Shown piece after piece: positions 27,083-38,000 of a DNA stretch of 56,118 bases. Under the pieces are notes generated by a model. That model made no database searches. It saw nothing but the letters and a program-made list of their open reading frames with translations, and had not been told where the DNA came from. This DNA is from a virus (lineage: Duplodnaviria > Caudoviricetes), in the IMG/VR virus record IMGVR_UViG_3300031949_000046, positions 1 to 56,118 of that record. One strand, written 5' to 3'. The translations under genes were made by a program, and so were the position numbers. Every line of letters starts with the position of its first letter. Position 1 is the first letter of the stretch.

Positions 27083-29841
27083 TGGCCACACAAGCTGAAC
27101 AACGATGGATTGCGGAAAATAGCGGCTTGGCGCAAAGCCAGTTCGGGACGACCAATCCGGCTGATGGGCTCGTGGCGCAATTCGTTCAGCAATGGTACAA
27201 TGAGAATCCGTCTGCTCAACCCGACGCGACTGACGGCCCGATTTTGGCGGAGCTGAATGGTGGTAACGCTGGGCCGAGCGAAATATCCGAGCCGGTGCTT
27301 ACAAATGGGATGACGGTGAATGACGCGCTGAGCGAATTGAAGCTCGATCCTGATTTCGCGGCACTGCCTGAATCATGGCAGGCCGATATTGCCCAGTACG
27401 CGATCGCGAATGGGCTTGAGGCGGCGGCGAATGAGATGGCGAAGAGGGCAAGAGAGTCTACATCTGAGCCAGAGGCTACCTCGACTTTAGCGAAATGGGC
27501 CTCTAAGGCGGCAGACCAAGTGGCCGTGCTTAATTCTTCTGATACTGATTTGCCTCTGGAACAGGATCTGATGAATCAGTTCTTGCCGCAATTGCTTGCA
27601 GATGCAGAAGGCGATAAAGCGCGCCGCGCATTAGCCGACCGGCTAGGGACGCAGGCGACTACCGACTTTGATGCGGCTCGCAATGCCCTTAGCCCGGAAG
27701 AGAATGCTCGCCGACTGGCGGAAGAATTAGGTCAGGCGGATAAGACATCTGGTGAGCTATCTGACTCTGCGGCTACTTCTGCTGCTGCTCAAGCTAAGGC
27801 GCTGCAAGATTCGGTCGCGGCGATGCAGCAGAATCTAACGGGAGATTTAGCTGCAAAGGCGGCGGCACTCCAGCAACAGATCGCGACTTATACAGCCAAT
27901 CTCGGGACGCTGGATGCGACGCAAAAACTCGCGCTTGAGGAGCAGATCGCTTCAAACAGGCAGAATCTTGAGAATGCGATCGCTGTTCAGCGCGAGAGCC
28001 TGACAGCTGAAATCGCGCAGCTTAATGCGGGAGTGGATACGCAGACTCAAGCCAAGCAGAACGCGCTGCAACAGCAGTTGGCGGCACTTGAGGGCGTAAA
28101 TACGGCGGAGGGGCTTGCGAGGAAGGCGGCACTAACTCAAGAGATTGCCGGACTTCGGAGTGCGGCTGGGACGCAGAATCAGGCGCGAATCGCAGCATTA
28201 TCTCAAGAGATCGACGCGCTTCGTGCGGCAGGCGTTGCTCAGAATGACGCACGGGTGACTGCTCTTACCCAAGAGATTTCAGGGTTACAGGGCGCGGCTG
28301 GAGCGCAGAATCAAGCGAGGAAGTCTGCGTTAGAGCAGGAGATCGCCGGTTTGCGTGCGGCAGGCGTAGCCCAAAACGATGCACGGGTAGCGGCGCTCGA
28401 AAAGGAGATTACTGGCTTACAGGGTGCGGCAGGTACACAGAATGCAGCCCGAAAGGCGGCACTAGAACAGGAGATAGCTGGCCTTACTGCTGCGCAAGAG
28501 CCGATGAATCAGGCGCGGCTCGATAGCGCGAATGCGATGACCACAGGAATTAATCTTGGGCTTCAGAACACGAACGACCAACTCACAGCGACTCGCGCCA
28601 AACAGGGTTATCTCGGTGGTTCAAGTTTCGATCAGGCGAATTTAGCGCGGGCTGCGATTGGTGCGCGCCAGAATGCGGCTCAGGTGATGGGTGGAGCGCG
28701 GGAGTCGAACGCAAACGACATCCGCACTATTCAAGCCCGTGGAGCAACGGAAGGTCGCTCACTGGCTGATGAGTATGCTAATAGCCTTCAGTCTATTTCT
28801 GGGCGCAAGGCAACGGAGGGTCGGTCACTTGCTGACCTGTACGCCGGCAACCAGTACAATGTCTCTGGCCGGGAAGCAACGGAAGGTCGTTCAGTGGCTG
28901 ACGAGTATGCAAACAACCTGCTTACTATTTCCGGCAGGGCATCGACTGAAGGGCGCTCTCTGGCGGATCAGAATGCAAGCAACATCTATAATGTATCTGG
29001 GCGTGCCGCCACCGAAGGGCGAAACGTGGCCGATGAATACGCCAACAACCTTCTCTCAATTTCAGGTCGCGAATCTACGGAAGGTCGTTCGCTGGCTGAT
29101 ATTCTGGCAGGCAAGCAGGCGGGCGTCGGTATTTTCGGTGCAAATGAAGGGCGCGGGATTGCCGATACCGCCGCTGATTCTCGGCTTGCGATAAACAACC
29201 GAGGCGCGACGGGCCAAAGGACTTTGACTGATACGCTTGCCCAAGGACAGCAGCAGCTTGGGGACACCGGGGCGGCTGGCTTGGCGACGATCAAGAACAA
29301 CACTGGTACTGGGCTGTATAATATCGGCAATGCCGGCGCTGCGCAATCCTATCAAGATCAAGTAGGCGGTTCTACGAAGCTGAAAGAATTGCTTGATGCT
29401 TTGGCGCAAGGCACGGGCAGTATTGCGAATACTCAGGCAACGCAGCAACAGACGGCTCGGGACACTGGCACGACAGCCAAGCAGGGCTATTTTGATAACG
29501 CCTATACTCGCGGCCAAGGTGCAATCCTTTCACGTCCAGGATTATCCAGCCAGCTCACAAACACGCTTACTGGGTTGGATAATTACGGATCGACTGGGCT
29601 TAACAGAGCGTTATCCACGTTGAATTGGTGGTCTGGTAATGGGCAGGCTGCGCCGACTACGGGATACATTCCGACTACGGCGGCAAATACGGGGAACGAT
29701 ATTGCGGGGCTCGGTGCTGGGTTGCTTGGCGCGGGCTTAAATATAGGCAATTCCGCGAACTGGTGGCAGCCAAAAAAATCTACGGCAACTTCTTTGTTCG
29801 GGGGAGGGCAGACTGATTTATTTAAAGCCGGATTAACCTAG
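27082..29841 (+). CDS. ejection (DNA-transfer) protein with 20-aa repeats
   Basis: A/Q/G-rich; ALxQEIAGL and TEGRSLADEYAN repeats; GLGAGLLGAG C-terminus. Confidence 0.65.
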   Translation: MATQAEQRWIAENSGLAQSQFGTTNPADGLVAQFVQQWYNENPSAQPDATDGPILAELNGGNAGPSEISEPVLTNGMTVNDALSELKLDPDFAALPESWQADIAQYAIANGLEAAANEMAKRARESTSEPEATSTLAKWASKAADQVAVLNSSDTDLPLEQDLMNQFLPQLLADAEGDKARRALADRLGTQATTDFDAARNALSPEENARRLAEELGQADKTSGELSDSAATSAAAQAKALQDSVAAMQQNLTGDLAAKAAALQQQIATYTANLGTLDATQKLALEEQIASNRQNLENAIAVQRESLTAEIAQLNAGVDTQTQAKQNALQQQLAALEGVNTAEGLARKAALTQEIAGLRSAAGTQNQARIAALSQEIDALRAAGVAQNDARVTALTQEISGLQGAAGAQNQARKSALEQEIAGLRAAGVAQNDARVAALEKEITGLQGAAGTQNAARKAALEQEIAGLTAAQEPMNQARLDSANAMTTGINLGLQNTNDQLTATRAKQGYLGGSSFDQANLARAAIGARQNAAQVMGGARESNANDIRTIQARGATEGRSLADEYANSLQSISGRKATEGRSLADLYAGNQYNVSGREATEGRSVADEYANNLLTISGRASTEGRSLADQNASNIYNVSGRAATEGRNVADEYANNLLSISGRESTEGRSLADILAGKQAGVGIFGANEGRGIADTAADSRLAINNRGATGQRTLTDTLAQGQQQLGDTGAAGLATIKNNTGTGLYNIGNAGAAQSYQDQVGGSTKLKELLDALAQGTGSIANTQATQQQTARDTGTTAKQGYFDNAYTRGQGAILSRPGLSSQLTNTLTGLDNYGSTGLNRALSTLNWWSGNGQAAPTTGYIPTTAANTGNDIAGLGAGLLGAGLNIGNSANWWQPKKSTATSLFGGGQTDLFKAGLT

Positions 29842-29844
29842 TAA

Positions 29845-30765
29845 TTGTCCGTGATATCAAAATCCTGCATAAAATGCCTGCGAGTATTGCCCGTGGAAGA
29901 TTTTGTTAAAAGAGCTTCGTCGCCAGAAGGCTATCGCAATGAATGCAAGTCTTGTACTAGAAAAAATAGCGCCAATGTTTGGGTAAATAATCGGGACAAA
30001 TATAATTCCCAAAGAAGGGCGAAACGACTTCCATTGTCTTTAATAAATACAGAGAAGAAGAAAGCGGAAAAAACTGAGGCATTTAATTCAGCTTTGGATT
30101 TATATAATAAATCAAAGCTTTTATTGAATAAAAATGAATCAGGAAGAACTAAATCTGAATGCCAGTCATGCCATCTAATCTTGCCGCCAGAAATGTTCAG
30201 CAAGTGCAAAACGATGAAATCTGGATGCCATGGGTATTGCAAAAAATGTGATTCTGAAAAGGGAAGAATAAAATATGCGAAACAGCGCGTAAAGATCATT
30301 GAAGATAGAAGGGCGTACAGGGATAGTAATAAAGAATTAATTAAGGCCCAGAGAAGGACTAGGTATGAGAAACTAAAAGCGAATCCCGTGGCGTGGTCAG
30401 CGTTCATGCAATCGAGCCTGAATTACATAAATAAAAAACTCAGGACAGACGTTTCTTTCAGGCTTCTCGCCGCCGCAAGGAATCGCTTATATTACGTGGT
30501 TAAAGGCACCGCCAAAGCAGGCCGAACAATCGAGCTTCTGGGTTGTACTCCCGAGGAGCTGAAGACGCACTTAGAGAAGCAATTCAAGCCCGGATGGACA
30601 TGGGCAGATTGGGGTCCGGTGTTCGAGATCGACCACATCATTCCATGCTCCAAATTCGACATGACTAACCCTGAGCAGCAAAAGAGTTGCTTTCATTACA
30701 CGAATCTACAGCCTTTGCTTAAACAAGAAAACCGCTCCAAGTGGAATAAAATAATCGCTGCCTAA
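29845..30765 (+). CDS. free-standing HNH homing-endonuclease-like protein
   Basis: two CxxC...CxxC modules; EIDHIIPC...FHYTNLQPL...EN; AT-rich relative to flanks. Confidence 0.85.
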   Translation: MSVISKSCIKCLRVLPVEDFVKRASSPEGYRNECKSCTRKNSANVWVNNRDKYNSQRRAKRLPLSLINTEKKKAEKTEAFNSALDLYNKSKLLLNKNESGRTKSECQSCHLILPPEMFSKCKTMKSGCHGYCKKCDSEKGRIKYAKQRVKIIEDRRAYRDSNKELIKAQRRTRYEKLKANPVAWSAFMQSSLNYINKKLRTDVSFRLLAAARNRLYYVVKGTAKAGRTIELLGCTPEELKTHLEKQFKPGWTWADWGPVFEIDHIIPCSKFDMTNPEQQKSCFHYTNLQPLLKQENRSKWNKIIAA

Positions 30766-30766
30766 C

Positions 30767-32077
30767 ATGCCAGCCCAAACCGGACTCACCCAGCTAGGAG
30801 ACCAGTTGCTACGTGCATCTGGCGATTATGCGAACATGAAGGTGCGCAAGCAACGGGAAGATGAGGCGCGGGCGCAGGCTTTGGCTGATTTGGCCGATCA
30901 GCGCCAGTACGGAGAGGCGCAAGGGCAGCGAGCGCGTACCGACCGAATGGCTGATGCTACAAAAGTCGCTCAATTCAACAGCCGATTCGAGGCTTTGCAG
31001 CGGGCGATGAAGCTGGGCCTGATTGCAGCGACGGACATTGGTAACCTTGAGGTTGAGAATGTGGCCCTGAAGGAGTTGGCTGGTCGTGAGCAGGCCGAAA
31101 CCACTCGCAAGGAAGAGATGCGAAAGCGTGCGCAGGTTCGCGTGGATAAGAATGCGAAAACGGCGAAGTCGATCATGGATCAGATTGCGGATGATGAGCA
31201 AACTTTGCGGTCTCGGCCTGAAGTAGATGATAAAAAGTTAGAGGAGGAAAAGGAGCGGCTGGCGAGACTTGCAAACCCAGGAAAGAAACAAATAAGCAAG
31301 GAGGATATTGAAGGCCAGCATAACGCGGCGTTAAAAATCCTGAATGATGAGGCGCAAAAAAATTGGTTCACCCGAACGCAGGAAGCCAAAATTTCTCTCG
31401 ATAACAATAAGATGCTTTTGCGGAGTCTCGCGGACGAGAATCAGCAATTGACGCAGATGTTTGGCGTGATCGGCGATGTACCAGAGACTGTGTTGCGCGA
31501 TCCCAATGCTGGGGTAGAGCAGGCCACCCCGCCTGAATCTCCCATGGCGAAACTTCAACGGGAGAGGGCTGAAAAACTTGCTGCCGAGAAATCGGCTCGG
31601 GATGCTGAGTATGCAAGGCTGAATCCTCCGGGCTCACCCACTGATCCTAATCGCTCTTATGGCGGGGTAAAGGGGGTGGTGAATTATCTTGGGCGTGAAA
31701 CACCTAATGCGCTCGATTCCCTAAAATATAACTTTGGTCAGGCTGTTGCTCCAGTGTCGCGCACATGGGATGCTGTAGTTGGCGGAGGAAGGGGGGTTGC
31801 CGAGGGCGATGCCGAGCGAGCTGCGGCCATCCAATCTTTGGTGCAGGGGTATAGTGAAAGGAATTATCCCGCGCCATTGCCAGTAGTTCAGCCAAGTCCT
31901 CTGGCTCAACCACAAGCTCCCAAGCCTCCCAAGCCTCCCACCTACGAGCAATTCTTGCAATTCCAAGAGCCGCTTAAAAATGGCAATAGGCCGCTTCCGA
32001 AGTTAAATCAGCTTCGTAACCCTCCTTTAACTTCAGTCTTTTCATCTCCCGGTTTGTTCGGCTCAATGGGGAACTAA
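30767..32077 (+). CDS. internal virion/ejection protein
   Basis: charged helical protein within the ejection cluster. Confidence 0.6.
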   Translation: MPAQTGLTQLGDQLLRASGDYANMKVRKQREDEARAQALADLADQRQYGEAQGQRARTDRMADATKVAQFNSRFEALQRAMKLGLIAATDIGNLEVENVALKELAGREQAETTRKEEMRKRAQVRVDKNAKTAKSIMDQIADDEQTLRSRPEVDDKKLEEEKERLARLANPGKKQISKEDIEGQHNAALKILNDEAQKNWFTRTQEAKISLDNNKMLLRSLADENQQLTQMFGVIGDVPETVLRDPNAGVEQATPPESPMAKLQRERAEKLAAEKSARDAEYARLNPPGSPTDPNRSYGGVKGVVNYLGRETPNALDSLKYNFGQAVAPVSRTWDAVVGGGRGVAEGDAERAAAIQSLVQGYSERNYPAPLPVVQPSPLAQPQAPKPPKPPTYEQFLQFQEPLKNGNRPLPKLNQLRNPPLTSVFSSPGLFGSMGN

Positions 32078-32083
32078 AACCCC

Positions 32084-35000
32084 GTGAACTCATTCGTCGC
32101 ATACTATAAGAAATATTTGCAGGATACTGGTCAGAAAGATGACCTGACGGATTATCAGATAACAAAAGAGATGGGGGATTGGGCGAATAAGAACGACCCA
32201 AAATTATTTGAGGAACACCCGGACTTTGCAGAAGAGTGGGCTTCGATTCGCGAGGCCAATGCGCCGCCGCTCAGTTCTGAGGTCGGACGCGGATTCAAGC
32301 GCGCAGGCATCGGGCTTGGCTCAACGGCACTCGGCGCGGGCGCACTGGTTACGGGCTCTGATTACCTGAAGCGGAAGGCGGCGGCGCTGGATCTGATGGC
32401 GTCCGATCCCGATTTGGCTCCGACTATCGGCACGATGGATGACGTGCGCTCAGGGCGCGATGCGTTGCGCTATGGGCTATCCAAGTTTGGTGAAGCAGCT
32501 CCTTCGATTGCTGAGAGCGTTGCCGTGGCAGGCGTTGGTGCATTGGCCGGTTCGGCTGCTGCGCCTGGTGCCGGCACGATTGCTGGCGGTGTGGCTGGAG
32601 TGTTAGAGAAAAGCGCGATCAAGGCCGCGTTGCGCGAGATGCTGAAGAAGGGCGCGAAAGAAGAGGCGGAATCAATTGCGGAAGGAATGGTGAAGAAAAA
32701 GCTTTTGCGCGAGGCCAGCGAAGAAGGAATCGAAGAAGCGGTGAAGGCAGGGGTTAAGCCGGTGATCGACGCCGTGGCATCGAATGCAAAGCGCATCTCA
32801 ACGATTCGCGGTGGTATTGCGGCGAACACGGCTAACTCCTACGGACTGAGTGCGGGCGAAATCTACAACGAGACGGATGATCGCGGGCTGGCGCTTGGAC
32901 TGGGTGCGGTCGCAGCGGTGCCTGATACGATTTTGCCGGCGTACTTGCTGACCCGCATGTTTCCCGGTGTGGCGATGAGTGAAGCGCGCAAGCAGGGCAA
33001 GAATCTTGTGGCGAGGCTGGCAACCGAAGGGCTAAAGACATCCGGCATTGAGGCCAGTACGGAAGCATTTCAAGAGGGCGTGAACATCGTGGCCAAGAAG
33101 CTGAAGGACGGCACCGACCCGACTGACTTTAACGATCAGGACTGGGTGCGCGTGCGCGAGGCCGCGATTACAGGCGCGGCTGGCGGCGCGCTGACGGCTC
33201 CTGCGGCTGCGATTGGTGGACGTGCGCCGGAAGTGGATGTCGCGGCTCCGGCAGTTGTCGTTCCGCCTGCAAAGCCGGCTGTGGCCTCGCCTGTAGTTGA
33301 GCCGACCGCGCCAGAGGCTATCTCTCCCGTTCGCCGCGTGATGGCGATGTCGCCCGAGCAGCAGGCTGTGCGCGTGACCGAACTCGAATCGCGTGAGATG
33401 GTGGGCGATGAGCCGCAAGAGTATCAGCTTTTGAAGCAGGTGGCCCCGACTGCCACGCCAACGGAAGAAGTAATTCAACCAACCGCCCCCAATGAACAAA
33501 TCGTCCAGCCAGCTCCTGTCGAGCCGAGTATTCCGATCAATGAAGCGGTGGTCGGACAGGCATCCGCTGCGCCAAGAGCCTCCGCGCCTACTCAGCAAGC
33601 AGAGATTGCTGGCGCTGTACTTCCCGGAGTGGCAGGCGAAGGCGCTAATGTCGGACAGCTTCCCGTTTCTGCGGTAACTGCTACATCAATCGCCCCAGTA
33701 GAATTTGTCGGCGTACAGGAAGGTGCTGATGGTAAGCCGTTGTTCACTATTTATCGCACAACGGAAGATATTCCCGGCCATCCTAAAGGCAGTTCTGTAA
33801 CGGACAAGACTTTGGCGCAAGCCGGATACGATGTGGCCGCGCTTCCGACTGAGCCGCCTGTTGTTGCACCACCAACACCATTCGTTCCATCTTCTCCGGT
33901 CCCAGTTGTCCCGGCTTTAATGCCGACATCTCCACCTCCGCAGCAGTTGGCCAGCGTAGCCGGTAGCGCGCCCAACATTGGTTCCGGCGTTGAAACTGCG
34001 CCGACTGCTGCGCCTGTGGGATTAAGTCCACGGGAAGAGCTATCGAAGCTCATTAACGAGACACAGACCGCTGCTGGATGGGACCCCCAATGGCCGTTTA
34101 TTCCACAAGACTTCGGGAATAAGACTTTCGTTGAGGGCGTGATCGCGGATCAAACGATAGCGCCAGAACTTAAGAAGCGCATGTTCGATGCGGCAAGAAA
34201 ACTGGGCGTGGGGACGATTCCCGAAAACGCATCAACCGCACCACTTTCTCAATCTCAACCAATCCCCGCCAATGTTTCGCCATCTAATCAAGAATTTGCT
34301 CTGCCTCAAGGAACAGCCGCCACTGTCTCCGCTGATGCCTCCATTCGTGGTGGATCATCGGCCTCGCCAGCCATGGCCGATAGAGGCGGAAGCTCGGTGG
34401 CAGGCGTACTTGGCGTGGTCGAGAGAGGAGGAGGTCAGGTGGCAAGTGCACTTGGCCAGAAAATTACTTCTGTTTTCGCACTCCCCCGCGCCCTCGCCGG
34501 AGCCAAACCCCGATTCTCCGCCTTCCAACTCAACTTCGAATCCGACTTAGATAAGGCGACGTACATCTTGGCGCAGCCGAATCCGAGCGCGTCTGATGGC
34601 GCGTATCTCAAGGCCGTAACCAGTCAAACAGGAATGACCGAGCAGCAGGCGCGTCAACGCGGGCGCGAAGTAAAGGCGCGCATCAAAGAGATCGTGAATA
34701 GCGGCGGTGACGGCGGGGATGTCGTGAACGTACCGGCGACTGACAGCGAATTCGACGCGCCAGCCATGCGGTTTTCGACTGAGCCGGCTAATCCCGCCGT
34801 ACAGGCCAGCCGCACGAAAGAATTTCAGGCCGTAATGGGCCGGCTGGTATCGAACGGCGCGAACGTGCAGACTATGAGCCAAGAATTATTGGCTCAACAG
34901 ACCGGAGATATGCTGCGCCAACAGATCGCAGCTCTTGAACAGAGACTGGCGCAGGCGACGACGGCTCCGCAGCGCGACGAAATCACACGCCAACTTGAAT

Positions 35001-38000
35001 TTCGCAAGCAACGGCTGTCTGAAATCGGGCAGATGCAAGGCGTGACGTACTCGCCCTATCACATCGCCGTGGCGATGAAGGACGTGATGAGCGCGAATGT
35101 GCATGAGCTAGTCACTTTGATACATGAAGCGGCAGAATCGTTGACTATGCGGCTAACTCCTGCGCAACAGGGAGCCGTGATGCGTGCGGTTGAGGCGACG
35201 TTTGCCGACATGCATAGCCGGATGCAAGCGGCGGCTCAAAACACCGGAGCCACGGTCGCTCATGTGCCAAATCCGAGCGAACTTTTGGCGGAAAGTATGG
35301 CGCAGAAGTTCGCCGCAGAGGGCGTGCCGGAATCGAAGTCGCTCGCTGACGCAATCGTGCGTTGGATAAAGGAAATTTACTACCGCGTGGCGATGGCTGC
35401 GCAACGGGCATTTGGTGCGGAGCCAAATCCTGAGCTGGCGATTGCGTGGTTCGAGAATCAGCTACGGCGCGAGCTTGGCGGCGACTACAGTTACAGCCTT
35501 GAGAGTTTGCTCGATCGACTGATGCCCCAGAGCAATGAGACGATTGCCAAGAAGCTCACGGGCTTGACCGGAACGCCAGACGGCCTGGTTGATTTTTATG
35601 ATCCAGTGACGGAATCGCTGCGCCAGCCGATGGCTGAACCGATCAGTAGTGATGCTTTGGCGTGGAACATGAAATTCTCGACCACTCAGCCGAATGCCGG
35701 CGAGAGTTTGGGTATTCCTGCTGAAGAAGCGTATGCCCGCACGGCGGCAGCGGCGTATAATGAGCAGGTAAGGTGGATGGAAGAGATGCGGCTGAAGGTC
35801 GCTCCGAAGATGAACCCGGCTGAGTTCTACGCGATCACTGGTTACGGTCAGGAGAGCCCACAGGAACTGTTGGCTGCGCTTGAAACGCAATCCCCGGGCG
35901 TATCATCCGCCAAGATTGGCGGTGAGCGCATGACGGACATAATGAACAAACAGGCATCTTATCAGGTGCTTCAGTTTGTGCGCGGGATGCAGGCAAAGCA
36001 TCTCGATTCCATCGCCAAAACGCAGGAGACGGTTGCTGATGCGGAAGAGAAATACACCAAGCACGCGGGCGAGTTGAACCGGCTGGAGCCGGACGTGAGA
36101 AACGCTGAAATTCACGAAGGTGTGCTCAAGGACAAAGCGAAGGAGATGCTGACCGACCTGCTGAAGTCGTACAAAGACGGAATCAGGACGGCGAAGGGGC
36201 TCGGCGGCATGATGCGCACCGAGGAAGGGCTTGGCGAGTACGACCCGATGCCCAAATTCTACGAACAGGTGTTTAATAGCCTGCTGAATGGCGACATTGA
36301 ACTATTTAAGTACGTCGATGCGATTGCGGCTCTTGATTTGCCGCTCAGCACGATGAGCCCCGATGCGGTTCTGAAGGCCGTTCGCGACAATGCCGACCAA
36401 TCGCCCGCGCTGAAGGAACTGAGTCGCAATAAACCGCTCGCATTGACGCTGGCGACACTGGCAAGCGACAGTTCACGGCAGTTCGACCAAGTTCAACTGC
36501 GCAAGGCGGAAGGCTCCGCGTTTTTGGAGATTCGCAAAGATTTGGAGGCGATTCGCAACGCGACCGAGGCCCAACTGCGCGAGATGATCAAGACCGTCGA
36601 TGACCGGGCTTTAGCCAAGGGGCTTCGCCAGCGAATCAAGCATGAATACCTGCTGGAACGCCGTGCTCTACGCCTCGCCTCCGACCGGATGGCCGAAGCT
36701 GAGAAGCGGATCAAGCTTTTGACTGAGGCGAAGCCTGAAGTGGCGGCACGAGTTGCTGAAGCTGAACAGGCGATTGGCGGTATCTTCACGGACTGGCAAC
36801 CGATCAACGGCGCGGAGTTCATTGTCATGCGAAAGCGGGACGACGGCTCTTACGCGAAGGCTGTGAGGAAGCTTGTTGAAAATTCGGACGGTTCGTTCGC
36901 TGACTCTGAAGGCATTTACAATGATTTGAAGAAAAACACTCAATGGCTGAAGGCGAACAAAGAGCGCGAAGGCCAGAAGGAGTATAACCAGATCAAGCAC
37001 CAGACTGATAAGCTGAAAATACTGGATATTGGTCGCAGCTATCAGGCGGCAAACTTTGGCAAGATCATGGGCTTTATTGATTCTTTTGTTCGCCCATTGC
37101 AGGCCATAGCCAAGCAGGCGGGTGGTTCAGGATCGCGCATAGTGCAGGCGTTTAATCAGTATGTATTCATCAACCGAAGCGGTGAGAAGGCGTTGATTCC
37201 GGGTTCCCACCGCTGGCAGCACGCGATGAATCGGGCGATGAAATCTGCCGGGATAAAGGACATCGGCCAGTTTAAGGCGCAGGTGTATAATCCGGTGATG
37301 TATTACTTGGGCGTGAACCCAGGGCTCGACCAGTATCAAGCCATCCGCGAGGCAACCAAGGAAGCGCGCAACCGACTGGCGAAGGAACCGGCTGCTGATT
37401 TCAACGAGAAGTTTGAAAAATTCCTGATCGAGACCAAGGCCATCAACGAAGAGATGCTTCGGACTGCCGAGCAGTACGGCGTGATGGTTTCTGATCCCAA
37501 GATTCAGGGCGAGCTTCGCCGTGCGCTGGCCCAAGGATGGATCACGGGTATGCGCGGGATGAATGACGGCGTGGTGGTGACGCTCATAAACGAAATGGGC
37601 AAAGCTGGGTGGAAGATGGAATATGACGGCGAAGGCAAGAAGCGCCGGGCCACACACTCAACGACGTTCCGTGGCATGATTCCGCCCGCGCTCAAAGCGG
37701 ATGAGAGTAACGCCGATGCGAGAGCCGAGTATTTTGCGCAGTTAGAAAACACGGAGGTTGTTCGTGGAGCGTTAAAGCCATTTTTCACTCCGCGTATAGT
37801 AAATGACTGGCTGCTTCCGTTCATCAACAAAGCGGGCAAAGCGGTGTTCACGCACGACGGTAATAACATCCCGCAAATTGCGCTTCAAAACGCATGGGCG
37901 AAGTCAGGCGGCGACGTACTGAACTGGATCGACGAACTGGGCATGAGTATCGACATGAAGCCAGCACAGGGAGTCAGCAATTCCGCCACATTCCGCGCTG

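Noticed and set aside
29845-30765. Group I intron around the HNH gene
   Set aside because: No flanking non-coding RNA core, and both neighbours have their own stop and start
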